Part shown: one piece after another, positions 43,837 to 60,409 of the stretch
Layout: each line of letters begins with the position of its first letter
How positions within the stretch are numbered: position 1 is the first letter of the stretch
Assembly: GCF_009914755.1 (NCBI RefSeq)
Contig: NC_060927.1
DNA: 64,000 nucleotides
Source: the human T2T-CHM13v2.0 reference genome, Homo sapiens
Direction: 5' to 3' (one strand)
Made by a program: the position numbers and the translations under genes
The notes under the pieces: model-generated
The model's database searches: none
What the model saw: only the letters and a program-made list of their open reading frames with translations
Told to the model about the DNA's origin: nothing

Positions 43837-44054
43837 TTCTTAGGGTAGCTTTTCATGGGCCAAGTGCCCACCCTAGTCCAATCACCTGTGGGCACAGAAT
43901 GGACTGGCGTTATGTGATAGAAGATGCTGCTGCCTCAGGCCTGCCTTGTCAGCAGCTATAAGCAGGGCAGCTTCTTGTAGAAGGGGTTGTGGCCATGTTA
44001 GACAATGTCCTTGGCCTGCTTAATTTAATATTATAATCAAAATAAAATAAGTAA

Positions 44055-44275
44055 ATCATCAGGGAGGCGGCTGAAAGTAATGGAAAATAGAATTTAACAA
44101 CAAAGAGTTTGTGGTTCAGTTTTCAGCTCTGGAACTTAGTAGCCGTGTGACTTGGAGCAACTTTGAGCCTCAACTTTCTGTTGAGGGATTTATAAGGGTT
44201 AAATGAAATGATACACATGAAAACACTTTGTCAACTATGAAGCACCACACCCACGTAAAGCATATTATATTACCT
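44055..44275 (+). mobile_element. MIR
   Basis: ggttcagttttcagctctggaacttagtagccgtgtgacttggagcaa. Confidence 0.75.
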
Positions 44276-44624
44276 CCTGTAAGTCCCTCGAAGCATAAAA
44301 TATTCCATTTGTAGGATTTTTGGATATCCCTTTCTAAATTGAATGTCACTTTCCGGCACAAAGCTTGTACCTCTGGTTTCAGATGACTACCCCTTGTTGT
44401 CAGAATCTGCAGAAATAGCCCAGAGAGCTCAAGGTTGTTACCCTTTACACATAGCTGACCCAAACTGCATTATTCCTAGAGTGCTTTGTTCAGAGAGAAT
44501 AAGTTGTTAGCATTGGCATTCCTTTGAGTCCTCTGACCCAAACTCCCTTTATGTGCAGATGAGGAACCAAGGCTTAGAGAGGTTAATTGACTTCCTCAAT
44601 GTCACTGATAGTACCAGAGTAACG

Positions 44625-45464
<840 letters not shown>

Positions 45465-46115
45465 GGTTTCTTTTAATGTGGCATTTTCTTTATAAATGAG
45501 TTTCCATCAGAAATCAGCAGGTTTTTTTTTTTTATTACTTGATGAAAGATAATTCTCATTCGGCAGTAATTAGTAGAAGAGAAATTAATTTATAAGGATG
45601 TCTTCTCAGGATAATATTGAGAAAACCTCTAATGTGAACAAAAGGGTAAAACAGGGAGAGAACAGTATAAGAAAAGAAAGACAAGGGAAAAACAGAAGCA
45701 AGGGTGCATTAGATTCTGACTTCTGTGGGCAGAGTTTTCTTTCAATTCAGGAAACACTGAGTGAACAGATGCTATGTGAATCATGTCTAGGGGCAGGGGT
45801 TTGAAGGTACAAAGCCTCTAGGTACCCCAACTCTAGTTGCAGAGCATGACCCATATATGTAACTAGCCCAAATATAAATAACATGGAAGCTTACATTAAA
45901 TTCTGTCATGAAGTTACCTAAGCTTATGTTAAATACTGTAATAAAGGAAACTGTCATGTGTGTTGGGAACATGAAGGAAGGAAACAATTCAGTAGCTGTG
46001 GGGTTTGTAAAGCCTTGCAGAAGATATGCAAACCACTCCATTACCATACATGCACACTGGCACTTTTCATATCCTTTCCTTGCTTTATTTTTCCCTTCAA
46101 TACTTATCACAAGGG

Positions 46116-46406
<291 letters not shown>

Positions 46407-46407
46407 C

Positions 46408-46491
46408 TATCTATATCGATACATCTATATCGATATAGATACAGATATATCTATGTATATCTATATATCTATATAGATATAGATATAGATC
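46408..46491. repeat. (ATCTAT)n/(ATAGAT)n self-complementary simple repeat
   Basis: Contains the perfect palindrome atctatatcgatatagat. Confidence 0.85.
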
Positions 46492-46499
46492 TCACTATG

Positions 46500-46940
46500 T
46501 AACATCTTGATTATTTTGTCATTATCTTGATTACATCCTCAAGAATACAAACTCCATGAGGGCAAAAGTGTTTGTTGTGTTCAGTGCTGTATCCCCAGGG
46601 CCTAAAGGAGTGCCTGGCACATAATAAGCACTTTGTAAGTATTGTTCAATGAATCAGTAAGATAATTAATCAATTAGTATGGAAACTGAGCTCAATCCTA
46701 AAGGGGCAGGACAACTTGGCAGATGTGGACTGGAGGGTAGGGTGCTCTAGGCAGAAGGGAAGCTGACCAAAGCCACTGTGTGGCTGGGCCTGCAGACTGT
46801 AGTTGCTGTGGAATAAGGTGAGATCAGAAAGGCAGGTACTAGAGGATGTTTGTGAAGGAGTTAGGATTTTGTTGTACACAAAGGGAGCCCACTTAAATTT
46901 TAAGGCCAGGAGTGATATCCATGCTTTTTCTCTATGATCT
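46500..46940. mobile_element. L2 fragments (plus-strand 3' end to ~46655, then minus strand)
   Basis: actccatgagggc...gctgtatccccagggcct...gtgcctggcacataataagcact. Confidence 0.75.
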
Positions 46941-48003
46941 TGCTGCATTTAAGAATATGTGATACCAGGAAGGTTCCCACAATTCCTATATTACCTAACA
47001 TTTGATTTGCTACACATTGACCAATAATCCTACCTCTTTTACTGTAGCAGCTAGCTCTTCACTCTTCGTTTGCTCTTTTTTTGTATAGGAAATGTAAAAC
47101 CCTCTAAATATTGAGGTCTCTTATGTTCTTCCTCCTTTGCTGGCGAGCCTGAGGTCAACATTAGACCCTGGGAAATTCAGTGGCATTGGTAGTGGCTGTA
47201 ACACAGTAGTTTTATGCCTAGGGAATGAATCATAAATTTATTGCTATAATTTCAAGGGTCCCTGATGTGTAGGGTATTTTTCTTTTCTCAAATCTTATAT
47301 GCTGAGATTTTTTTTCAAGAATCCATTTCATTGCTGCTGGCAGCAACTGTAGGCAGTGTGGGAAGCTCACACAGGGACATGACTGTCCTAGAGCCCAGGG
47401 GTGAGGGACCTCTGCTTCCTGCCCTTTGCTAGAAGAGATGGAGTCTCTAGGCTGGGTCTCAACAACCTCAACCCAGAGGCCAGGGCAGGGGGTTGGGCCC
47501 CACCTGCTGTGAGGGGGCTATCCCACCTTAATTGTGGATGTCTCATGTAACCTCTGTTCAGCGTCCCCATTAAGGAAGGTATGGGATGCTGGCTGAGACT
47601 TTATGATGCAGCCTCACCTTGATGATGCTTCTTTGATGTCCTAGAGAGCCCAGACCTCTCTAAAGGAACATTATTTTAGATAAGGACAGCAACCGTCTTA
47701 ACTCTGAAATCTCTCAGCCCAAGCTCAGAACATAACCCCACCCACACGTGACTGAGAAAAGAGATGCATTATGGTTGAGAAAGCAGAGATCACACATAGG
47801 AATTTTTTCCGTAAGTCGTCTCCCTTTTTCTAGTTCCCTTAATATAAACAGAAGCAACTAGAAAACCTGGAGAGTAACTTACTATGGGAAAGGGAAGGCA
47901 CTTAGCCACTAATCCCATTTTTAAATACAATGGCCATTTTCAAAAGAAGATAACCACCATTGTCCTTTTTGTTGACAACTCTGTTACTTTGTCAAAGTGC
48001 TTA

Positions 48004-48306
<303 letters not shown>

Positions 48307-48969
48307 GAGTGAGAGAGAGAGAAAGAAAGAAAGGCAGACAGTGGTGATTTTAACAGTGACTTCATATGGACTCCAATATAGAAGAGGGTTGTTGTGGAAG
48401 CTGGGTTGGGGGTTAGGGAAAGAGAAGTACAAAATCAGAATGCCTCCTTCACCATGGAAACCTTGTACCCTCACAATATAGGGGATGGTCTTAGACCCAA
48501 AAGCGCCCAGTGTGGATCCATCTTAGATGCAGCTGAAAGGAGAGAGGGAGTGTCTCGGAAGGATCTCTTGTAGGTCTCAGAGTCTAGTGAAGCCTTTTCA
48601 GGGAGATGAGAAGCAGGTGGAGGAGGCTGGTAAAAATGCAGTTTAGGAAGGTCTTAGCTGTGAGAGAACTTCGAGAATACAGAGACATCCTGGCCCATAT
48701 ATGCTGGGGATACATGTCTGTGGGCTTGGGGCAGGTATTTGGGAACTACATTCTGTCCTGGCTGTGAATCCAGAGGCAGAATACTCACACGGATTTGTTG
48801 AATGAATGAATGAGCGAATGAATGAACAAAGAACTTGAAGTCAGCCTTAAAGGAGAACTTTCTATGCAGTCTCTTCCTTTTAGAAACCAAATTGGTTTGA
48901 AGTCGACCAAAACCCTCCAGAAGGGGTGGTCAAAGCACCGGGAGAGGAGCACCTCTTTTTTAAATTCCA

Positions 48970-49138
<169 letters not shown>

Positions 49139-49140
49139 TA

Positions 49141-49441
<301 letters not shown>

Positions 49442-50486
49442 TGTACCCAGAGTGACTGTCTCTAGATTGGAATCCAATATATTGCCTGTAGCTAAAGTCC
49501 CAGGAGAGCAGGAAGGGAGAAAGGATATCTGATGGTTACAATGTGGCTCCCCTGTCATGATGCTGGTTATGGTTGTGCCCCTCCCCACCCCCCAGCTACC
49601 CCCTTACCCCTATGTATACCAAACCTTTTGGCTCAAGCAGGGGACTCTCTTTTTTTTCTCTTACATGTACCAAACATGTTGTGAGGTTGATACTACCGAC
49701 CATCTCCATAGCTAAGAGCTCATTCTTCTCCCTGTTTGCTAAAATGGGGGCATAGGAGCCTTCTCACAGGGGCAATTTCCAGGTTTTCTATAACTTGCCC
49801 AAGTGTTCCTCCAGGTTCTGATTTTTCCTAAAGATAAAAAGAAATTTGCTCTCCATCTAAGCACTGCCACAAGGAACTCTCAGCGAGTGTGGTTGGTATT
49901 CCCAAGGGCCTAAGTTTTCATCACCAAGTCCTTGTTCACTTTCTTTTTTATAATATTTTGTCCAGGACATATTTCAAGTCAAGCTGGCTCTCTCTAGCTA
50001 CCAAACTCATAACTACAGGGGAAGGGGTACAGGAAAGAAAGAACTGTAAAAATTTATAAGATAAGTAGAACTTTCTCTGCTTTCTCTGAAACTATCTGGC
50101 TGCTCTCAATCCATATTGGTATGGTTGACTTATATTTAAAGGAGGATAAAATTGCCCTCTCTTCCCAGTTTTTGGAGGGTCTGCCATCTTGACTTTGTAT
50201 TTTGCCATAGCTATTAAATCTTAAATCTAGCCCAAATATTCTAATGGGACCTACATTTTAATTATCTCCCATACTATCTAGCCCCCATCTCTTACAGCTA
50301 TCAAATGGAAGGCAAAACTGTCCAATTCTTCTGAACCCTCTCTGCTCAGCACCACTGAGCCATTCAGCAGGAAAATGGGACAGAAGGTCTAGAAGGGAGT
50401 ATTCCATGTGACCTCAGTGGCTCAATCACACCAAATAATAACAACAGCCATTAAGTAGGTATCAAGTGTTCACATGCATTATAATC

Positions 50487-50789
<303 letters not shown>

Positions 50790-51156
50790 CATGCATGATA
50801 ATCTTTAATTGAAACAGCAGCCCTATTAAGTTGGTACTTATCTTAATCTTTTTGAATGAGGAACTGAACTGAGTGTTCTAATATTATTGACGAGGAACTG
50901 AAGCTTAGAAAGAGAACTTATATCTTTAACATTTCTACAGTAACACAGCTAACAGCTAGTCAGTGGTGGAACTTGAATTCAAACTCAGGGCTGCTGAGTT
51001 CAAAACCCAGATTATAAATCACCATGATGTAGTCTAGTAAGCTCCTAGACTTACCAATTCCCTCAGCCTCCTCTATCTTGCCACTGCCAACTGAAACACA
51101 GATTATGGACTAGAAATACTGACTTTTTTTTAAGGAAAGAAAACCCCAAGAAGCCA

Positions 51157-51258
51157 ACACACACACACACACACACACACACATAATCACACACACACAT
51201 AATCTCACACACACACAATCACACACACACACACACAAAATCTCACACACACATACAC
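51157..51258. repeat. Compound (CA)n microsatellite with AATC(TC) interruptions
   Basis: Read directly from the sequence. Confidence 0.95.
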
Positions 51259-51406
51259 GGGTCCTTCTGACTAATGCCAAACACAGAGCTCTGGGATGCC
51301 TTATTGTTGAAACAATGCCATAAAATAGGAGAAAAGTGATAAAACTAAGAAGCCACTCTAAAAATGACTATTCAGTAAGCCAAATAGGGAATACTGTTTT
51401 ATTTTA

Positions 51407-51464
51407 GTTTTATAGTATATACATATATACACAAAAGTTTTATAATATATACATATATACACAC
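51407..51464. repeat. ~30-bp tandem duplication (agttttata.tatatacatatatacaca)x2
   Basis: Read directly from the sequence. Confidence 0.8.
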
Positions 51465-51579
51465 AAGCCATCCAAAATATGTCCTTCTCACCGCTTCAGT
51501 GTTAAAATGTGTAAGATGAACAAAATTAGTCCCAGGAAGGGGACATCACTGTAGAAATCACTGTGAAAGAATGTGAGAG

Positions 51580-52100
51580 AGGTGGGGAATTGAGAGTTGT
51601 ACTTGACCTCCAAAAGCAGGAAAGACAGGGTCTGGAGAGGAAAAGGGAAACAATTGAGATGGAACATTGCCCATCCATGGAAATCCAGAGGCAGAAATGG
51701 CCAGGACACATTTGGGGCACCCTCAAGAGATCAAGCAGATAAAATACACAGACAAGTAGTGGAAGCTGGGGTTGAAGAAGTGGGTGGGGAAGTGTTATGA
51801 AGGGCTTTGAATGCCAGGACAAGGATGGCAGAGCCCATGTAAATTCTGAAATAAGAGAGTGTTATGAGAAGAATGGACAGTGGGAGAGACCAGTTAATGA
51901 GGAGACACCTGCAGAAATGGAGAGGCAGGTGATGAACACCTGGATGAGCATAGGGGCTTCCAAGAGACAAAGGAAAGACTTAATAGCTTTGCAGGACTAA
52001 GTGATAGATCAGACATAAGGGGTAGAGAAAAGAGTCTCTCTCAAATGACTACAGTTTCTCCAAAAATATTTTGAGATTGGGATGGACAGGTAGTTCATCT
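51580..52100 (-). mobile_element. L2 fragment
   Basis: gaagggctttgaatgccagg...gggagagaccagttaatgagg...aaatgact. Confidence 0.55.
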
Positions 52101-52541
52101 GGGCTGAGCTATAGTGGAGGGAGCCGGAAGGGAGGAAGAGGAAGAGGCCTGGTACAGGGTAAGGGAAAGAGAATCTGCAAGACTGGGCCCCGATGCTACC
52201 TAGTTTTGTGATCAGATCCCATTACTTGCCCTAGTCTCTGCTTTCTCATTTCTAAAATTAGGAATTTCATCCAGGAAACATGTATTGGGCCCCCAATATG
52301 TGCCACCTACTGTATGCAATTTTTTTTGTCTTATATTTCCTCTGAGGGCTGGTGGTTGCCCTAGCCAGTGTAGTATGAGTCTCTTTGGGACCAGTCTTCT
52401 GATCAAGGAACCCAAGCACGTGTTTCCTTTAGAAAAGCCTAGCTTTTGCTTCCCTCTAGTGGCTACTTAGTGCCACTAGACCTCTGCCTTTACTCTTTTT
52501 GTCCCTGGAGAGCCAGTCTGAATTGAAAATTAAGAAGTTAA

Positions 52542-52884
<343 letters not shown>

Positions 52885-53729
52885 TCAAGGGAACAGTACA
52901 AAGTGTTCCCTAGAGGGCATGTCATGATGGTTGGTATCCAGAGAGGATGGTGAGAGGAGGAGACAAAGGAGGCATGATGTCATGAACCAGAGGTGAGGCA
53001 TGGGGAAGCAGTCAGTCCCAAAGCAAAACCAACCAACAATAGCAGATGGGAGCAGAAAATCACATTAGGACTCACCCAGTAAGTGGGTTAACCTGAGCAA
53101 ATGGAAAGTATGGGGTCATAGATAAAGGCCTGTCTTTACACTGAAGAAGGTAAGGTCAGGGATAAGGGGAAACCCTAACAGTAATTTGCTGAGGGCAAAA
53201 ACTTGACATGAAGATGCTTTAAGATGCTGGGAACCCTTTCCGTTGCTGATACCAATTCTACTCATTGCTGGGCACATGTGCTGGATCTGGGGTGGTGCCA
53301 GCACAGCTGGAGATGGGCTCATGTTGGTGGTGCTCAGCAACTGACCTAGAAAGAGGCAGATGCTCGAGGGTCCTGCTGGCTCCTAGCTAAGCGGGCGTGA
53401 AGATGTTATTGACTGTTGCAGCCAAGGGAGGGCTCACAAACTAACAAGATAAACAGCTCTGAGAAGACACAACCACAGCAGTAGCAAGTGGAGCAATGGA
53501 CTGAGGCAGCACTGGTAAGAGCCAATCACTTTCTGAGGGACCCCATTCCCCAACCCTGGGCCAGCATCCCTCATTTCTCCTGTTGTCACATTCAGCATGC
53601 ATACACGTGATGTGTGTCTCCTTAGAGACTGTAAGCATGGTGCAGGTAGGGACATCACAGCTGTCTCCCTGACTGCTGTATGCCCCATGCCCAGCACAGC
53701 AGCTGGCTGGTGAAGAAGAATAAGTGCAT

Positions 53730-53945
53730 GGATGAGGAGGCTGGACTCATTAGGCTTGGAGTCCTGCCTTTGCAGTTAGCTATTAGGATGCAATCTTTAG
53801 CTAGTCATTTTACCTCTCTGAGCCTCAATTTCCTCATCTATAAAATTGGATGATAATGCCAACCTTATGAGATCTATGAGGGTCAGATGATGTCTATGAA
53901 ATAGTTTATAAACTATAAAGGGCCATACAGATGTTAATTATTATC
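53730..53945 (+). mobile_element. MIR
   Basis: acctctctgagcctcaatttcctcatctataaaattgga. Confidence 0.8.
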
Positions 53946-54593
53946 TTAGTCTGCCTGAGGATGAAAAATTAACAAGATGTCTGCTGACATTTCTTCTGGC
54001 CTGAGAGACAGTGACCAGGAGTATTTGCTTTCTGAATCAAAGCATTTAGAATGCGCTGTTTCTTCTGAACACGAATCTGTAAGTCACCCCGCTCCCAGCC
54101 AGACCCCTTACAGAGGCAGGTTGTTCCCCTCTCAGGTGCTCCGCATGTGCCCTCTTCCCATCTCCAGTCCTGGCAGACAGGCTGCCCGTCCCCAGATTAC
54201 CTAACAATAATTAGACCAACCAGAGTTTCCTGGTCAACCAGAGGAGAGCTTGGCCTCTTTCCAGGAATTAGTTTGCCAGGTTTCTATGTGTGACTGGATA
54301 CCTTGACCTCCACCCTACAACCACAGTGTAAATAAACATGTATTATCTACCCTGATTTGGCAACCAGTTCCAAGAATTCTCTTCCCAGTCTGATTCCAAT
54401 CTGTTGTTTCTCTAGGATGCCCAGTATAGGAAGAGCAGAAAGTCACATCCGTGGCCCTACAAAGGGAAATTATAGCCTAAATTTAGGGTACTAAATCTTT
54501 GAACCGTGGGTTTGGGAATAGTTTACTATTTTTTTCTTTCTAGTCTGCCAGATTATCTCAAGATATGTCATTAAGGGTGCTTTGGAAATTGAT

Positions 54594-54899
<306 letters not shown>

Positions 54900-54999
54900 C
54901 TGGAAATGGATTTCTACTCCCTCGACACAAGATATCAGTGCAAGAAAACACATCTCAAGTGCATGCCAAGTTATGATTACTGGATAAACAATATATAAC

Positions 55000-55200
55000 A
55001 TCTATTAAGCATGTAATGCATATCAGGGTTTACCTGTGTTAATGTAATCCTTCCAATAACTCTATATGGCAGGAATTAATATGATTCCTACTTTACAGAT
55101 AAGGAAAATGAGCCAAAGAGAGACTAATTAACTTGCTCCAGATGATACAGATAGTAGCGATTGAGACAGATTCAAACCTAAGCAGTCTAGCTCCAGACCC
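55000..55200 (-). mobile_element. MIR
   Basis: ctttacagataaggaaaatgag...gattcaaacctaagcagtctagctccaga. Confidence 0.8.
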
Positions 55201-55907
55201 AGTAATCCACAGAAAGGGAAATGGTTACCCACATCTGAATAACTGAGGTTTGATGACATTTTGCACTTCTGTGAAAATCGTCTCTGGTCTTTGGCCTGGT
55301 TTCCTCTGAAGCTCAGTTTTCCAGTGTTGCACAGTCCATACAGTAGACAATTTGCAGGAATGCCTGGGGCTTTCAGAGAAGCCCGTAACTTCTTCTCTCT
55401 CTCTAACCATGAATTGCTCTTTTTGATCAGGTTTCACCCAGCCACCTCTCCTCCCTCTTCTATAGGTAGCCTTGGGATTTTCAGAATCATGTCTATGAGC
55501 TCTTTCCTCCTTCCAAAGCTATAGGGTGTGTTGCAGGAAATGCCTTCCTGTGCAAGCACAATCAAAACAGCAGTATAGACAGCCTCAGTTAAGCACAAAG
55601 GAGCCAGGAGATGCCTCCCTGTAGACAGGACAGTTGGACAGTTACCTCCAGCCTGAGGGTCAGTGTTGCAGAGGCAAAGTTGCCAGTGGGTTAATCCTCC
55701 CAGCCGCATCTCTATTGACAACTTGTGTGGGTTCCCCAGGGGCAATGAGATGAAGATAGAAGGGAGAATAAATACCAGTTGCTACTACTGCCTCTTCTTT
55801 CCCCGAGGAGAGTATGGCTCTGCCCTTCTCACCCAAACTTGAGTCAGTGTCTAGTTAGATGTTCTCTGAAGCCTAGGCAGGGAGTACAGAGATAAAGAAC
55901 AGGCACA

Positions 55908-56127
55908 GGCCAGGCACCGTGGCTTACGCCTGTAACTCTAGCACTTTGGGAGGCCAGGGTGGGAGGATCACTTCAGCCCAGGAGTTCGAGACCAGCCTGG
56001 GTAACATGGCGAAACCCCATCTCCACTAAAAATACTAAAATTAGCCAGGTTTGGTGGCATGCGCCTGTAATTCCAGCTACTTGGGAGGCAGAGGCAGGAG
56101 AATCACTTGACCTGGGAGGTGGAGGTT
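55908..56127 (+). mobile_element. Alu (Jb/Sz6-like), 3'-truncated with no A tail
   Basis: Similarity stops abruptly at ggtggaggtt. Confidence 0.88.
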
Positions 56128-56229
56128 TGAGAAGCCCCTGTGAATTAAGTTGGGGTTTTTAGTAGGCTACATGCTCAAAGGAAGCCAGCAGCACAACTTG
56201 ACCAAAAGGCCCTCAGATTACATTCTCCT

Positions 56230-57060
56230 TTTTCAGGGTTGTTGTTCCATTTTCTGGAAAATTTCCTTGACATTATCTTGCAACTCATCTATGAAATGTC
56301 TCATTTCAGCCATAACATTTTTAACTTCTGAGAGCTCTTTCTCACTCTACAACTTTTTCCCTTTATGTAACAGCTTGTTCTTTTTTCATGGATACAATAT
56401 CCTCTCTTATCTTTCTGAGGATTTTATAGTGTTACTGATGTTTTATTGTCCTGCTTGCATTTTGTTTCCTCTGAGTTCCTGGTCCTTTTTCTGTTTATTT
56501 ATTTTGGTCTCTGTTAGAGAGGTTTTTCTGAAAAGTCTGGTAATCTATAGCTGAATATTCACATTTATGACTGAGGCACAAAGGCTGACTCAATATTCTG
56601 TGTAAAGGAAGGAACTTGTTGACTTAAAGTTCTCACTGTGAAGTGATCTGGCAGGACACTGGAGGTTTTGGGAGCAGAGAGGGATCTCTAAGTGTCAGTA
56701 TTTGAGTATCTGTACATCTTTTGGTTTCTCCCATGAATGATTCTAAAATCTCCCTAACATGTTTATATGTGGCTGCTAGCATTCTGGGATCCAAGAGGGA
56801 CAAGGATACTAGCCATCTCTCCATTCTACATTTAAGCCTTCACTGAATTTCATTTTTCAGGAAAGTGCGCATAGGATAGAAGAGGGATCTAGGGGTCCCA
56901 TCTTCCTGTTTTAGCCCCACCTGTAGGTCCATCCTCAGTGCCGTCTGGTGCTTCCACTCCCTGGGGCTGTCTGAGGGTTGAGCAGAGATAACTGGCAGGA
57001 GCTTGAATCTCATCTTCTCATTCTACCAAGTCAGTATCATTCTTGCATCTGCTTTCTATC
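56230..57060 (-). mobile_element. HAL1 / old L1 ORF1-region fragment
   Basis: ttttcatggatacaatatcctctcttatctttctgaggat resembles antisense HAL1. Confidence 0.6.
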
Positions 57061-57083
57061 ATTAAAGAAAAAAAAAAGTTCTC

Positions 57084-57277
57084 AGCCCGGCGCAGTGGCT
57101 CACGCCTGTAATCCCAGCACTTTGCGAGTCCGAGGTGGGCGGATCACGAGGTCAGGAGAATGGCGTGCACCCGGAAGGCAGAGCTTGCAGTGAGCGGAGA
57201 TCGCACCACTGCACTCCAGCCTGGGTGACAGAGCGAGACTCTGTCCCAAAATAAATAAATAAATAAATAAATAAATA
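57084..57277 (+). mobile_element. AluY with an internal deletion
   Basis: ggatcacgaggtCAGGAGAatggcgtg joins the left arm to the right arm; TSD-like aaagtt(c/a)tc. Confidence 0.9.
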
Positions 57278-57554
57278 AAGTTATCTTGTTTACTACCTCC
57301 CATTCTCTTTGTTCTTGTGGATTTGTGTCTCCCCCCACTAACACCTTATGTTGTTTTTGTCAGGTTTAGGAATTCATGGAGATATAGTCACATGATTAAA
57401 GGGCAAGATAAATTTGGTTGAAAGGGGCTGAGAAAAAAAAATTAACAGTTATCTGTAAGATACTAATAGGAATAGGTGGGCAGCCAATGGGAGACACCTC
57501 TCAGACATTGTAACTAGGCATCTCAGTTATATATCAGGCAATAATTCATGGAAT

Positions 57555-57950
57555 TTATTCACTCGCGCATTCAACAGATATTTATCACCTGCTGTGTGCC
57601 AGGCATTGCTCTAAACTCGGGAGATAGGACCATGAGCAAGACGGAATGCTCTGCTCTTCTGTATCTTACATAGGATAAGAGTAACACATAATTTATGTAA
57701 ACAAGGCAACACATTAATGATAAGTGCTCAAGAAAATTCAGTAGCACTGTGTGTTAGAGATTCAATATAGAAACTACTCTATTTATCAAATATTAAAACT
57801 GGAAGCAGCCCTGGAGTCCAATTTCCTCATCTTAAAAATGAGGAAATTTAGGTATGAAGAAGGGAAGGGGTTTGCTGAGTGTCATACATGGGTAAAACCT
57901 GCACCAGCACCAAGGCCTCCTGATTCCCACTCCTGCATTCTTCCCACTAT
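57555..57950 (-). mobile_element. L2 3' end followed by a MIR
   Basis: attcaacagatatttatcacctgctgtgtgccaggcattgctcta; cctcatcttaaaaatgaggaaa. Confidence 0.65.
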
Positions 57951-58879
57951 TAATTACTATGCAATTCACAAGACCTGCAAGACCAGGGGACCATGGTGCT
58001 CATTTACACACCATGGGAAACAACTAAACCAAACAGCTCCTTCAGTTGCAGTTAGTAGAAGCCACAGTTCCAGCAAGCAAAGATAAAGTAAATTGTAAGC
58101 TTTAGCCTCTTAATTGGACCTGGCAGCTCCATGGGCTTCCAACATACAAACTGATGAAATCCCAGAGCTCCACGACAATGTTCCTAAATGCCCAGACATT
58201 GCTTTACACATTTGCTAAAAAAAAAATTATAATCAATTCAAGATAAAAGCACAGCACTAAGCTCTTTTAATGGAACCTAGTTTCTGGAGAAGCCTTCAGA
58301 GTTTTATAGTAGGGCGAGGACAGAAGTTTAGTAGAGGAAGGATTTGAAGCAGCTATACTAAAGCATCATCAGCAATTTGGGGCTTTCCTGAAGCTTCTAT
58401 AGTGGCCCTAGAGCAAAATTGGAAACTGTCTATCCGCTCCCCCATTTCTCCCCTCAAAGTGTTACACCTCCTTGAAATATTTGCATTTTTCCCCATTACC
58501 TTTGTTGATTTGTTTTAGAGATTGTTATTGTTGATGTTATCATTACTTTCATTATAAAGCAGCACTTATGTGAGAAACACTGGGCAATACTGGAGATCAG
58601 AAAGCCAGAGGGAAAATTACCCAGAGTGCACCACCCAACAATACCAGTGTTAACATTTCAACGAATTTTCCTTCTGTTTCCTATGAATAGGGTTGCTAAG
58701 TTGTTGATGATGTTCACACAGTTATATATACAACTGTACGTCTTGTCCTCTTAAAAAATTTTTTACTTTATATAAGTATTTAAGCTATTACAAAGCTTTA
58801 TAAATAATCTAATGGCTGCATAATTAATTACTCACTTAGTAGATATATCATAATTATTTAACCATTCCCTTCCTGTTAG

Positions 58880-59047
58880 GTTTTTTAAGTAATTTCAACT
58901 TCCATGTTAGATTCAAGGGTTACACATGCAGTTTTGTCACCTAGGTATATTGTGTGATGCTGAGGTTTTGGGTACAAATGATCCCGTCACCTAGATAGTG
59001 AGCATAGTACCCAATAGGTAGCTTTTTAACCCTCATCCACTTCCCAC
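58880..59047 (-). mobile_element. L1PA15/16-like 3' end within older L1M sequence (~58540-59150)
   Basis: ggtatattgtgtgatgctgaggttttgggtacaaatgatcccgtcacc...gagcatagtacccaatagg. Confidence 0.85.
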
Positions 59048-60083
59048 TGGGTAGATTTTTATATTTTAGTATTGGGGCAGGGGGGCGGTGATGTTATTGT
59101 TGTAAAATTTTCTTCATTTGAAAAAATGCTATTATGAGCATTTTCATGCTTAAAGTACAGCTGCATGTCACTTGTGTGGTGCATCTCATCTTTTTGCATT
59201 TGGAAGGGAATCATAGTCTGGTTTGAGGTGTTTCATGTTAAGGGACATTACCTAATTAAATGAAATCACTTTCTGATGGAGGAATTCCAGGCATTAGCAG
59301 CAGGTGCAGGGAGTGTTGAGGGGAGGAGAGAAAGACAGTTTTTGCACAGGAGTTGGCAGGACTTCACGGTGCCCTTGAAACTGTGCCAAGTAGATATGCT
59401 CCAGCTTTACATTTTTTGCCAGCCAGCTCTGGCCTCCTGTGAGGCTGTTCATATGTAGATGTTAATTCATGTGAACTTGGTGCCTAAGGCTGGCTAAGAG
59501 TTGTGGAGGAATCAGATGATCAGATGGAAGAAGTTGCAGGGCAGGCAGCCAGGGGAGGAAGAGGAGGTCGGACTTATCTGATGGGCGCTCTTGGGCACAG
59601 CTCCCCCTCTGTCAAGAGTATCAGATCCAAGTGCTCTGCAAGGCAGTGTCAGAAGTCAGTATTCACAGTTAGAAGGCTCAGTTGGCAAGTATTGAGGGCA
59701 GGTATCAGATTCTGGGGTAAGGGGGCTTCTTCACATGGAAGCTTCCTGGAAAGCAATGCGGAATGAAGAGGCAAGAGTGAATCCTCATTTTGCATAAGGG
59801 ATTCCTCGGTCCCACCATGTCTTTGTTTTTATCATAACAGGAAAAGTATGTGCTGATTTGAGGGAGGTCTGAGTCACCTTCCCTAGTGAGCCTCAGGGTC
59901 AGTTCTTCTAGTTAGGGCAAAACTCCATGAAGATTACTTTAAAAAAAAGGATTCACTTACATAATAATGTATATGCATATATACAGTTGATACAGTCTGT
60001 TACCAAACAACATGCCATCAAAATTGATGTTTAAAATTTCTTCTGTACTCCTTTCCTCCCAAATTTAAATAATAATTCACTAA

Positions 60084-60392
<309 letters not shown>

Positions 60393-60409
60393 CAGAACTT
60401 ATTTTTTAG

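Noticed and set aside
56150-56554. Hydrophobic 134-aa ORF
   Set aside because: It is the T-rich antisense strand of HAL1/L1 sequence.
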